DNA from: an uncultured Actinomycetes bacterium
GTDB taxonomy: Bacteria > Actinomycetota > Acidimicrobiia > Spongiisociales > DATADW01
Length of the DNA stretch: 47,933 bases
Direction: 5' to 3'
Assembly (NCBI GenBank): GCA_963824995.1
Contig: CAWGRK010000009.1
Location: 62,001-109,933, forward strand
The stretch's first letter is position 1. Each line of letters begins with the position of its first letter. Under the pieces are notes generated by a model. That model did no database searches. It had not been told where the DNA came from and saw only the letters and a list, made by a program, of their open reading frames with translations. A program made the translations under genes and the position numbers. Below are positions 12,637-22,984 of this stretch, piece after piece.

Positions 12637-13062
12637 ATGACCGTACCCCCCTCCCTGAAGCGCATCGTCGACATGTTCTCCGCCGCGCCCAAGGAGTTGA
12701 AACTCGAAGCGCTCCTCGACTACTCGAACCGCCTGCCCGAGCTCCCTCCCGGGATGGACAGTGGTGAGATGGAGCAGGTCGTCGAGTGCGCCACCCCGTT
12801 CTTCCTGACCACCGAGGTGGACGAGTCGGGCAAGGTCCACATGTGGTTCGACTCCCCGAAAGAGTCCCCCACGGTGCGCGGTTATGCGGCCATCCTCGCC
12901 GAGGGGCTCGATGGGGCGACGGTGGAGGAGGTGATCGCTCTTCCGGCCGACTTCTACATGGCGATGGGTTTGCAGGACGTGCTCACACCGCAGCGACTCA
13001 GAGGCATGGACGCCATCGTCGCGTGGCTCAAACGGCAGGTGCTGGAGCACGCTGCCGCCTGA
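12637..13062 (+). CDS. sufE: SufE family sulfur acceptor
   Basis: QVVECATP (acceptor Cys), ESPTVRGYA, LTPQRLRG. Confidence 0.88.
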   Translation: MTVPPSLKRIVDMFSAAPKELKLEALLDYSNRLPELPPGMDSGEMEQVVECATPFFLTTEVDESGKVHMWFDSPKESPTVRGYAAILAEGLDGATVEEVIALPADFYMAMGLQDVLTPQRLRGMDAIVAWLKRQVLEHAAA

Positions 13063-13077
13063 ACCGGTAGTTGCTGG

Positions 13078-13839
13078 TCAGTCCTCGTCCTCGGTGGTCG
13101 AGGTAGACGACGAGCTCGACGAAGACGAGCTCGAGGACGAAGAGCTCGAGGACGAGCTCGACGACGACGAACTGGACGACGAGCTTGACGAACTGGACGA
13201 CGACGAGCTGGTGCTCGGCGGGTTGATCGGGTCGATCCCCAAGGCCCGTCCTATGAACGACGCCATCTGGTCACGACGCACCGGGTCGTTGGGGCAGTAG
13301 AGGTTTCCTTCATCGTTGCACCCAAGGGTCACCCCGGCCTCGGCGATGGCGTTGATGTTGCCCTCGTGGACACCGGAGACGTCGTCGAACCGGTCGTCGC
13401 TCACCGGCGAGAGACCCATCGCCCTGGCGAGGAACGACGCCATCTGCGCCCTGTTCACCGGGTCGTTTGGGCGGAACGTGCCGTCCTCGAAACCGGCGGC
13501 AATGCCGGCGGCGGCCACCCGGTTGATGGCAGCCTCGTGGGTGCTTCCATCGTCATCGCTGAAGGCATCAGTGCCCGTGGCGGGCGGATTGAAGCCACGA
13601 TCGATGAACGACGCCATCTGGCCCCTGGTCACCGTTGCAGCCGGGCAGTAGAGCGTTCCCTCGGGGTTGCACCCGAGAGTGATCCCCTCGGCGGCTATTG
13701 CCTCGATGAAACCCTCGTGCACATTCCCGTCGTCGTCGGTGAACCGCCCTGCGGCCCCGGCTGCTGTTGCGATCAACAGGCTGGTGAGAAGGGCGACCGT
13801 CACAGCCGCCATCACTCCCCGCGATCTTCGTCGGGTCAT
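13078..13839 (-). CDS. Secreted S-layer homology (SLH) domain protein with poly-Ser tail
   Basis: Signal-peptide-like N-terminus, three repeats ending TRGQMASF/NRAQMASF/RRDQMASF, then 35 Ser. Confidence 0.85.
   Translation of the reverse strand: MTRRRSRGVMAAVTVALLTSLLIATAAGAAGRFTDDDGNVHEGFIEAIAAEGITLGCNPEGTLYCPAATVTRGQMASFIDRGFNPPATGTDAFSDDDGSTHEAAINRVAAAGIAAGFEDGTFRPNDPVNRAQMASFLARAMGLSPVSDDRFDDVSGVHEGNINAIAEAGVTLGCNDEGNLYCPNDPVRRDQMASFIGRALGIDPINPPSTSSSSSSSSSSSSSSSSSSSSSSSSSSSSSSSSSSSTSTTEDED
13105..13209 (-). repeat. Low-complexity tract encoding 35 consecutive serines
   Basis: Mixed TCN/AGY codons counted in frame. Confidence 0.95.
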
Positions 13840-13998
13840 GGATACCTCCTTCTGTCGCTTGGCCTGTCGCAAACGGTCGCGCCTGGCGGCGACCAAATGC
13901 ATCAACGCATGGTCAACGACTCGTCAAGGCAGGTCGCCGGGCGCGCAACGGCGCGCCCCTCATGGGACGCGCCGTCACCTAGCCGGATTGCGTGGTGC

Positions 13999-15634
13999 TC
14001 AGTTCCCCCAGCCGAGGGAGCGGGCCAGGAACGAGGCCATCTGGCCCCTGACCACCGGGTCCCGCGGGCAGTACTCGGTGGCGGTGCACCCCTGGGTGAT
14101 CCCCGCCTCATAGATTGCGGCGATGTTGTCCTCGTGGGTGTTTCCCGCGATGTCGGTGAACGGCGTGGTTCCGCCGCTGAGCCCGTACGCACGGGCCAGG
14201 AAGGACGCCATCTGGTCGCGCGTCAGAGGCACGTTCGGGCAGAACATCGTCCCGTCCTCACATCCGATCGTGATCCCCGCAGCGGCGAGGGCACCGATCG
14301 CCTGCTCGTGCTCGTTGCCCGCGATGTCGGTGAACCCCGGATCCTCGCCAGCGGGCAGGTTGAGGGCGCGCTGGATGAACGAGGCCATCTGGCCCCTGGT
14401 CACCGTCTCGTTGGGGCAGAAGAGCGAAGGGTCGGCTTCATCGCAACCGAGGGTGATGTCGGCGGCGGCGATGATGTCGATGTTGTCCTCATGGACGGAA
14501 CCGTCGTCATCGGTGAAGCGGTCCTCGACGCCGTTGGGCAGCGTGGTGATCTGACCCCTGATCTCCCCGCTCGGGTTTGCCACCGTGTGGATATTGACGT
14601 AGCTGCCTTCCGACCGCATCGCCCGGACCAGTGCGCCTATGGAGCCGTCGAACCCGACATCGGGATCCGCAGCAACATCGGCGGCAGCGATCGTTCCCTC
14701 GGCGAGCAGTCCGTTGCGGGTTTCACCGCTGGTCGCGTCGAGGGGGGCAAAGTCCACCAACACCGCTACCACCGGGCCGTTCGCCCCGGCGGGCGCGATG
14801 TGGATGTGACCCATCGTGATGTCTTCCAGGTACCAGGCGATCACCTTGAAGGTGACTTCGGCCCCGTCCTCGCTGACATCGAAGGTGGTTACGCCGGCGG
14901 CGCCACTGTCTACCGGTGGCACCTCCTGGTCGCCGCTCATGACCGCCCACAACTGGGTGTCCGGTGTAGAGACCTTCGATGGTCTGGATGAGCAACGTGA
15001 ACGTGTCAGCGGATGGGTCTCCCACCGCATGGACCAGATAGGCGACACCCGCCTCGAGAGTCAGGTCGACGGGTCCCACCAGGACGTCGGCGCTACCGCC
15101 TTCGTTGACCGTCACTGAATAGTCCCCTGCTGGGAGGTCCAGCACGTCTTCGTCGGGGTTGGCCAGCGCTTCGATGATCGGGCTGCCACCGGCCAGCACA
15201 TCCACCGGCCCCGTCGCCGCGGTGTGCCGTACCGCAACTCGGGCATCGCCTTCGGCAAGGGTGGAGACGTCGTTGGCGTACACCGTCAGAGCGGGTTCGC
15301 CGGTGTCGGTGAGGTGGGCGACGATGGTTGCGTTGTCACCTTCGGCGAGCGCAGTCTCCCCGGTGACGACTGGCGGGTCGGCCGCAGGATCGTCACCGGC
15401 CTCGAACACCTCGATCGTGTGGTCGCCCACGGGGAGAACGAGTGGCTCCGTGATCGTCTCGAATTGCACGTCCTCGAGCGTGAGCTCGTCGTTGACGTAC
15501 ACGTCGACGGTGGCTCCGGGGATACCGTGAACCACGGTGACCGTGCCGAATTCGTCTGGCTGTGCCAGTGCTGGCGAGGCGACCGTCAACGACGCCACGA
15601 GGGCGACGGCCACCAATACAGCGAGTCTGCGCAT
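13999..15634 (-). CDS. Secreted DUF4397 + CHRD + 3xSLH protein; frameshift near 14968
   Basis: Signal peptide MRRLAVLV; VVHGIPGATVDVYVN and VAVRHTAA (DUF4397-like); GDQEVPPV, HIH, YVNIHT..NPSGEIRGQ (CHRD); three SLH repeats; two ORFs join by one shift. Confidence 0.78.
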
Positions 15635-15724
15635 GAAGTTCCTCCTAGATCGCGCCCGGCTACCGCTACGCCGAGCCCCAGCGACCATAGGCAGGGTCTG
15701 GGGGCTACGCCAGATCGAGTTTGG

Positions 15725-16492
15725 TTACCGGGGCCCCATCCGCGCCGCGGCGTCGAGGCGGACCACTTCGCCATTGAGCATCGGGTTCTCGACCATCGCC
15801 ACCACCAGCCTGGCGAAGTCGTCGGGGCGACCGAGGCGCTTGGGAAACACGTGCACCTCGGCGAGCGACGCCTTCAACTCGTCGGGTGCCCCAGCCAGCA
15901 TCGGGGTATCCATGATTCCCGGCGCGATCGTGAGGACCCGGATCCCGTAGCTTGCCAGGTCGCGGGCCAGCGGCAGGGTCATACCGACGATTCCTCCCTT
16001 GGAGGCCGAGTAGGCCGCCTGTCCGATCTGACCTTCGTAGGCCGCGATCGAGGCGACATTGATGACGACGCCGCGCTCCCCGTCGTCATTCGGTTCGTTG
16101 CGGCTCATGTAAGACGCCGCCCATCGGGTCACGTCGAATGTGCCGATGAGATTGACACCGACCACGAAGGTGAAGAGATCGAGCGGGAAGAGGGTGCCGT
16201 CCCGGGTGAGCATGCGATGAGCCGGACCGACGCCGGCTGCGTTGAGACAGATGTCGATGCGCCCCAGTTGTGCCGCGGCGTCAGCCACCGCCGCCTCTAC
16301 CTCCTCTGGCTGGCGCACGTCCACTGCAACGAACACGGCGGACCCCAGGTCGTCGGCAGCCTGCCCACCGGCGGATGTGTGTAGGTCGAGCAGGGCGACA
16401 GACGCACCTCGGTCCACGAAAGCACGGGCCGCTCCCAGTCCGAGCCCACCTGCGCCGCCGGTGATCAATGCCACCTTCCCTTTGATGTTCAT
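15725..16492 (-). CDS. SDR, 3-hydroxyacyl-CoA dehydrogenase type II (HSD17B10-like)
   Basis: TGGAGGLG, ERGVVINVASIAAYEGQIGQAAYSASKGG, NPMLNGEVVRLD. Confidence 0.92.
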   Translation of the reverse strand: MNIKGKVALITGGAGGLGLGAARAFVDRGASVALLDLHTSAGGQAADDLGSAVFVAVDVRQPEEVEAAVADAAAQLGRIDICLNAAGVGPAHRMLTRDGTLFPLDLFTFVVGVNLIGTFDVTRWAASYMSRNEPNDDGERGVVINVASIAAYEGQIGQAAYSASKGGIVGMTLPLARDLASYGIRVLTIAPGIMDTPMLAGAPDELKASLAEVHVFPKRLGRPDDFARLVVAMVENPMLNGEVVRLDAAARMGPR

Positions 16493-16616
16493 GTCAGCCT
16501 CCGATCTAGCCGATGAAGGTAATCGCGGTATCAACCGACACCCTTCGCTCCTCGGATTCCACATGCAACTAACTCAACGAAACGATCTGCTGGAATGTCG
16601 CCCCGTGTCTCTGCCG

Positions 16617-17411
16617 ATGGCCGAGGATCGACGCCCAATCGGAGTATTCGACTCCGGGCTTGGAGGGCTGTCCGTGCTCGCCGCCATGCGCCAGGCGCTC
16701 CCCGCCGAGCGCTTCCTCTACGTGGCAGACCAGGCAAACGCTCCATACGGGGACCGCAGCCCAGAAGAGATACGAACGCGTGCCGAGAAGATCACTGCGT
16801 GGCTCCTCGAGCGGGGGGCGAAGATGGTCGTGATCGCATGCAACACGGCGTCAGCATCGGCGCTCGACTTGCTCAGGGGCCGTCATCCCGAGATCCCATT
16901 CGTCGGCATGGAGCCTGCCGTCAAGCCGGCAGCCGCCCAGTCCCGCAGCAAGGTCATCGGCGTGCTGGCCACCTCGGGCACCCTCAACGCCCATCGCTTC
17001 GCCTCGCTGGTGGTGCGTCACGCCTCAGGGGTGAAGGTCGTTGAGCGTGCCTGCCCGGGATTGGCCGACATGGTGGAGAGGGGTGAATACGACAGCCCTG
17101 AAGCCGAGAGACTCGTCAGGCGATTCGTCGAGCCGGTGCTCGCCGCCGGCGCAGACACGCTGGTGCTCGGTTGTACCCATTACACCTTCCTCGCCCCGCT
17201 GGTCGCCCAGGTCGCCGGGCCCGACGTCGAGGTGATCGACCCGTGTGGCGCCGTTGCAGCACAGGCCACTCGGGTGCTGCAAGCAGTGGGGAGCGCACCG
17301 GCGACGGACATCGGTGACGCCGAGTACTTCACTACCGCTGATCCCGACCTGCTCAGCCTCGCACTATCGAACCTCGTGGGGCAGGCCAGCGCGGAACATG
17401 CAGCCTGCTGA
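16617..17411 (+). CDS. murI: Glutamate racemase
   Basis: IGVFDSGLGGLSV, PYG, VIACNTAS, VLGCTHY. Confidence 0.96.
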   Translation: MAEDRRPIGVFDSGLGGLSVLAAMRQALPAERFLYVADQANAPYGDRSPEEIRTRAEKITAWLLERGAKMVVIACNTASASALDLLRGRHPEIPFVGMEPAVKPAAAQSRSKVIGVLATSGTLNAHRFASLVVRHASGVKVVERACPGLADMVERGEYDSPEAERLVRRFVEPVLAAGADTLVLGCTHYTFLAPLVAQVAGPDVEVIDPCGAVAAQATRVLQAVGSAPATDIGDAEYFTTADPDLLSLALSNLVGQASAEHAAC

Positions 17412-17414
17412 GAC

Positions 17415-17720
17415 TCACCCGGCGGCTTGCTGCTCCCGGATATAGGCGATCAAGCGAGCGACCTGATCGTCGCTCAACCCGGGAAAGGACGGCATTCGAC
17501 CCTTGCCCCTGGTGATGGTGACCACGTAATAGCCATCGGGTTGTGCTTCGGCCGCCGAACCCGGACCGAGCGCCGGGCCGACACCCCCCTCCAGATTGTC
17601 ACCGTGACAGTTGGCACAGAGCTCGGCATACATCTCGGCACCTGAGGCGTCGGCGCTCGTTTGGCGGCACGCGGTGAGCACGACCACAGACAGAAGCACA
17701 AGGAGGAGCGGGCGGCGCAT
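17415..17720 (-). CDS. Monoheme cytochrome c lipoprotein
   Basis: Lipobox LTAC, CANCH heme motif, GRMP axial Met. Confidence 0.88.
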   Translation of the reverse strand: MRRPLLLVLLSVVVLTACRQTSADASGAEMYAELCANCHGDNLEGGVGPALGPGSAAEAQPDGYYVVTITRGKGRMPSFPGLSDDQVARLIAYIREQQAAG

Positions 17721-17768
17721 CGGAGCCGGGCATCGTAGGTGCACGTTTACGATGCACCGAGGAGGCAG

Positions 17769-18404
17769 ATGGCCCAGGAATCGGGAATCATCGTGTCCGG
17801 CACCGGCACCGCTGCCGGAACCCCGGACGAAGCCATGATCGACTGCGGGGTCGAAGTCCATGCCGGATCAGCCGAGCGGGCGACAGCGGAGGCGGCTGAG
17901 GCAGCAAATCGCGTCCTGTCGGCCTTGCGCGACGCGGGTGTGAGCGATGAGGCGGTGCGCACCTCTTCGCATACCGTCGAGCCGCAGATGGACCATCGAG
18001 GCGACAGGCCGGTGGTGACCGGGTATCGGGTCTCCACCATCTTCACAGCCCGGCTCGAGGACACCGAGCGATTGGGCGAGACGATCGGGGCGGTGACCGC
18101 CGCCGGAGGTGAGCACAGCGTCATCCACGGATTGCGGTTCACCATGTCCGACAGCAGGGCACTGTTCGAGACGGCACGCGCCGCCGCCTGGGCCGACGCA
18201 CTCGGCCGGGCCGAGCAACTGGCGAGCTTGTCGGGAGTGTCGTTGGGCCCAGTGGAGTCGATCACCGAAATGCACGGTGAGGGCCCGATGCCAAAGCAGC
18301 GGATGATGATGGCGGCAGCGGAGGCCCTCGGTCCTCCGATCATGCGAGGCGAGGCGACCGTCACCGTTTCTCTCCGTGTCCGGTTTTCCCTGGGTCTTAC
18401 ATAA
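17769..18404 (+). CDS. SIMPL domain (DUF541) protein
   Basis: [27 protein letters not shown]...G, C-terminal VTVSLRVRF; GGAGG upstream. Confidence 0.88.
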   Translation: MAQESGIIVSGTGTAAGTPDEAMIDCGVEVHAGSAERATAEAAEAANRVLSALRDAGVSDEAVRTSSHTVEPQMDHRGDRPVVTGYRVSTIFTARLEDTERLGETIGAVTAAGGEHSVIHGLRFTMSDSRALFETARAAAWADALGRAEQLASLSGVSLGPVESITEMHGEGPMPKQRMMMAAAEALGPPIMRGEATVTVSLRVRFSLGLT

Positions 18405-18505
18405 GCTCTGTTCCTATGTCAACCAGTTATCAGTCCAGAGCTGAACATCTTGGGCCTCCCGGTCGATGGTCGGTCGGTCATCGCCCCGCGATCTAGGTTC
18501 CTGGC

Positions 18506-21136
18506 ATGCCCACCCTGCCCACCGGGACGGTGACCTTCCTCTTCAGCGACATCGAAGGTTCCACGAGAATCGTGCAGGAATTGGGGCCGCGGTATCCCGA
18601 GATCCTCGCAACGCACGGGGAGTTGATCGAGGGGGCCGTGCAGAGCGCAGGTGGGACCAAGGTATCCACCAGCGGCGACGGCGTATTCGCCGTCTTCCCC
18701 GAGGCGGGGCATGCCATTGAGGCCGCCGCGGCGACACAGCGCAAAATGTCCGCCGAGCCGTGGCCCGAGAATGGCGCCGTCCGGGTGAGGATCGGGCTCC
18801 ACACCGGCGAGGGACTGCTCGGCGGCGACAACTACGTCGGTCTGGACGTCCATCGGGCCGCCCGGATCACCGCCGCTGGCCACGGAGGTCAGGTGCTCGT
18901 TTCCGGGTCGACGCGGGCGTTGGTGGGCGAGGTGCCTTTGCCCGACCTCGAACTGCGCGACCTTGGCGAGCACCGACTCAGGGACCTCAACCGCCCCGAG
19001 CACCTGTTCCAACTGGTTGGCGGAGGGCTCCCCACCGATTTCCCACCGCTACGAACCGACGGCGGCGTTCCCACCGACCTCCCGCTTCTTCTCACCAGCT
19101 TCGTTGGCCGTCCAGAGGTTGACGAGGTGGCCGGGGCGCTCGAGGGCACGCGGTTGCTCACCCTCACCGGCCCCGGGGGCACGGGAAAGACGAGGCTGTC
19201 GGTGCAGACCGCGTTGGCGGTCAAGGACCGATTCCCCGATGGAGTGGTCTTTGTGGACCTAGCTTCGCTCTCGGAGCCGGCCCTCGTGCCTTCGGCGCTG
19301 GCAACGGCTCTCTCGCTCGAGCAGTTGCCGGGGTCTCCTGACGAGAAGGTGGCGGCACACCTGCGGGCCCGTCGGATGCTCCTCGTCCTCGACAACTTCG
19401 AGCAGGTGCTCGACGGGGCCGGCTACGTGGCGTCTCTGCTGCAGAACGCGCCCAACTCGAGCATCCTGGTGACATCGCGCGCCGCCCTGCGGGTCTCCGG
19501 GGAGCAGGAATTCCCCGTTCCCCATCTTGCGTTGCCCGATCCCGATCGGCACTACCTCCCCGAGGAGGTGGCGGATGTGGCCAGCGTCGCCCTCTTCGCC
19601 GACCGTGCCGCGGCCTCACGCCCCGATTTCCGGATCACGCCCGAGAACGTGGACGCGGTCGTTGAGATCGTTAATCGGCTCGATGGCCTCCCACTCGCCA
19701 TCGAGTTGGCGGCATCGCGGGTGAAGCTGTTGCCGCCAGGGGCCATCGCCCAGCGGCTGCGCGACGGATCGGGGTTCGCACTGCTCGAAGCTGGACGGCG
19801 TGATCTCCCCGCCCGCCAGCAGACGCTTCGTGCCGCCATCGGGTGGAGCTACGAATTGCTCGGGGAGCCGGAGCGGGTCGTCTACCAGCGGCTGTCGGTC
19901 TTCATGGGCGGCGCCTCGTCTCGAGCAGATCGAGGCGGTGTGCGGTGACGATGGCGATGTGCTCGTGCGCGCTCGGCGTGCTCGTCGAGCACAGTCTGGT
20001 GCGCCAGGAGGGTCTGGGCGGCGAGCCCCGCTTCCGCATGCTGGAGACGATCCGCCAGTTCGCCGCCGAGCAGCTAGCCGGCAGCGGCGAGGAGCCCGAA
20101 GTGCGTACGCCGTCACGCCTTGTCATTCCTCGCCCTGGCCGAACAGGCGACGCCACACATCAGCTCGTGGGAGCAGAAGCCATGGCTCGATCGCCTCGAG
20201 CTTGACCACGACAACCTGAGAGCAGCTTTGACGTGGGCAGTAGACCAGGGAGAGACAGACCTGGCGATGCAACTGGCATTCAAGCTGTGGCGTTTCTGGC
20301 AGATACGGGGACACCTGATCGAAGCCGAGGATCGGTTCAGTCGGGTGCTCGCCTTGCCGGGGGGCGATCCGTTCACCCGCGCAAAGGCGCTGGAGGGAGC
20401 GGGTGGGATCTACTGGTGGCGGGGGCAGACCGACGAATGTGAAGCCGCCTATCGGGAGAGTCTGGAGCTGGTCGAGGCCCACGGAGACCTCGCCGCGATC
20501 GCCAACGCCCGCTACAACCTGGCGCTGACGCTGAATTTCAGCGCCGGATTCGACGAGTCCATCGAGATGCTGCAGCGTGCCCGCGAGGAGGCACGGAAAG
20601 CGGGTGATGAGGAGGTCGTTGCCTGGACGACCTGGGGACTTTCCGACGCCAGCGTGTTCGCCGACAGACCTGGCGATGCGACCCACCACGCCCAGGAAGC
20701 GCTGGAACTATTTCGCAAGCTGGACCATCCCTTCGGAATCGGTTGGTCGAGCTTCATGGCGGCTTTCGGCGCCATTGGCTCCGGGCTCCACGACATGGCC
20801 CGCCCATTGCTGCAAGAGGGCATCAAGCTCTTCGCCGGTTTCTCCGACATCTCGGCACTCACCCTGCATCTCAACGCCCTCGGAATATCCGAGGTTCAGA
20901 CGGGGCGGACTCAAAGAGGTGCCCGATTGATCGCAGCCGCCCGCCGCCTGCGCGACGTCAGCGGGACCGGGATGCTCGATATCAACGACGTCATGCTCGC
21001 CCAATTCACATCGATGCCTGGCCTCGATGAAGCCCGCGCCTTGTTCGCAGACGAAGGCCACGCACAGGCGGTAGCCGAGGGGCTGGCCATGAGCCAGCAG
21101 GAGGCGGTTTCCTACGCGCTCGGTGACGAGGACTGA
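18506..21136 (+). CDS. Class III nucleotide cyclase + STAND (NB-ARC-like) ATPase + TPR-like repeats; three frameshifts (~19920, ~19968, ~20110)
   Basis: TFLFSDIEGST, GDG, RIGLHTGE; GPGGTGKT, LVLDNFEQ, LDGLPLAIELAA; four consecutive frame segments restore an ~875-aa protein. Confidence 0.85.
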
Positions 21137-21282
21137 CCGGGGAACACTCTTCCCATTGGGCAGTTTTTGTCTGCCGATCCGGGGCATCGCTGACCCGGGA
21201 ACCCCTACGCCTCTGAGAACGTGAAAAGACGTGAACCGGGGTACACGGTCCTAGCCCCGAGTCCTTTTACCATGGCCATCGC

Positions 21283-22950
21283 ATGAAGACCCGAACCTGG
21301 CTCATCCTTCTGGCCGCCATCCCTGTGGTGCTGGCCGCTGCCTTGATTGGGGCTTGGGTGATGGATCGCGATTCCCACCAGGGCGAGGTGGCCCGCAACG
21401 TCGTGCTCGACGGAGAAGCGGTCGGCGGGTTGGACGACGCCGAGGTCGGGGCGAGAGTGGCCGCGCTGTCCCAGCGCTACGACGGCCAACCCGCAGAGTT
21501 GCGCTCTGATGCCAAAGCCGCGGTGGCGAGCAACGGCGACCTCGGGTTCTCGGTTAACCAGGAGGCGACCTTGGCCGCGGTCATGGCTGCCGGGCGATCC
21601 GATTCCCTCACTCAGGAGTTCGTCAGTTGGGCTCGCTCGTTCATCCGACCCCACGAGGTCGAGCCGGCCTATAGCTTCGATCCCGAAACCGCCCGGGAGA
21701 CTCTCGCCGACCATCCGGCGACACAGGCCACGGAACCCGTGGAGCCCGACCTGGTGTACCGCGACAAGAACCTGCGACTCGTCCCCGCCGTTCCTGGCGC
21801 CACATTCGACATCGACGCGGCCGTCGAGGCGCTGGCTGCGGCGGATCCGGCAGTGCCTGTGTCGGTAGACGCCACCTGGACCGAGATCCCGACCGTCGTT
21901 TCGGACAAGGAAGTGAAGGAGGCGGCGACCAAGGTGAAGCGGGCGACGGCCGACGGGCTGGAGCTGCAGATCGGGTCCCAGTCGCGCTGGGTCAGCCCCG
22001 AGGTCGCCCGCAGCTGGGTTCGCCCGCGCATCGAGGATGAGGTGACCGTCCAAGTGGCGCGGGATGCGGTCGACGAGCACCTGAGGAAGATCTGGCGTGG
22101 CGTCTATATCGGCGGAACCAGACCCGAGCTGACCGTGTCCGACGGGCGAGTCCGGGTGGTCCGCAGGGGCACGGTGCCACAGGTGTGCTGTACGCCGCAG
22201 GCGTCCCGTCTCATCTCCAATGCCGTCCTCAGCAGGGGCTCGGCGACGATCGAACTCCCGCTGCGGCCCAGCAACGACCCCGAGCTGATCGCCACAGCCC
22301 GCGGCCAGAACGTCAAGGAGATGGTGGCCGAATTCACTACAAGCCATTCCTGTTGCGAGGCGAGGGTGACCAACATCCACCGTATCGCCGACCTGGTGCG
22401 CGGCAGCGTGGTGTATCCCGGCGAGTCGCTCTCGCTCAACCAGACGGTGGGACAACGGACCGAGGTCAACGGGTTCGTCTCGGCCGGGATGGTCTTCTAC
22501 GGGCATCTGGTGGACGCTGTGGGCGGTGGTGTCTCCCAGTTCGCCACCACCCTCTTCAACGCCTCATACCTCGCCGGTCTCGACTTTCTCGAGTACCAGT
22601 CGCACTCGCTCTACTTCCCGCGGTACCCATACGGCCGGGAGGCGACGCTCTCGTGGCCATCGCCCGACCTGATCGTGGAGAACAACACGGATTACCCGGT
22701 CCTGATTTGGCCCGTCTACAGCGACACATCGATCACTGTGCAACTGTGGTCCAGCAAGAACGTCAACGTGGTCGAGACCGCCATCGAGGAGACGCCGTTG
22801 CGACAGTGCACAAGAGTCGAACGGTTCCGTACCCGCACTTTCAGCGACGGCCAGCGCGAGAAGGACTCCGTGTTCGCCGTCTACCGCCCAGACGAGGGTC
22901 TTGATTGCGACGGACAGGAGGTCGAGGCGCCCCCGGGCGTAGAGCCTTGA
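21283..22950 (+). CDS. VanW family protein with N-terminal anchor and putative peptidoglycan-binding region
   Basis: N-terminal TM; RVTNI, SLNQTVG, GGGVSQFATTLFNA, HSLYFPRYPYGREAT. Confidence 0.9.
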   Translation: MKTRTWLILLAAIPVVLAAALIGAWVMDRDSHQGEVARNVVLDGEAVGGLDDAEVGARVAALSQRYDGQPAELRSDAKAAVASNGDLGFSVNQEATLAAVMAAGRSDSLTQEFVSWARSFIRPHEVEPAYSFDPETARETLADHPATQATEPVEPDLVYRDKNLRLVPAVPGATFDIDAAVEALAAADPAVPVSVDATWTEIPTVVSDKEVKEAATKVKRATADGLELQIGSQSRWVSPEVARSWVRPRIEDEVTVQVARDAVDEHLRKIWRGVYIGGTRPELTVSDGRVRVVRRGTVPQVCCTPQASRLISNAVLSRGSATIELPLRPSNDPELIATARGQNVKEMVAEFTTSHSCCEARVTNIHRIADLVRGSVVYPGESLSLNQTVGQRTEVNGFVSAGMVFYGHLVDAVGGGVSQFATTLFNASYLAGLDFLEYQSHSLYFPRYPYGREATLSWPSPDLIVENNTDYPVLIWPVYSDTSITVQLWSSKNVNVVETAIEETPLRQCTRVERFRTRTFSDGQREKDSVFAVYRPDEGLDCDGQEVEAPPGVEP

Positions 22951-22952
22951 GG

Positions 22953-22984
22953 AAGTACTTGGTACTTAGTACTTAGTACTTAGT
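22953..22984. repeat. Tandem heptamer repeat (TAGTACT)n
   Basis: AAGTACT TGGTACT TAGTACT TAGTACT TAGT between convergent genes, overlapping the LLM gene stop. Confidence 0.85.

Noticed and set aside
13094..13300. Acidic DE/L-rich 68-aa ORF on the + strand
   Set aside because: It is the antisense reading of the poly-Ser tract
13366..14991. 541-aa + strand ORF and many similar long overlapping ORFs
   Set aside because: Shadow ORFs typical of high-GC DNA, opposite motif-bearing genes, with no recognisable motifs
18397..18424. Possible dif site (CATAA...TATGTCAA)
   Set aside because: Arm spacing is longer than the 6-bp core of dif/Xer sites
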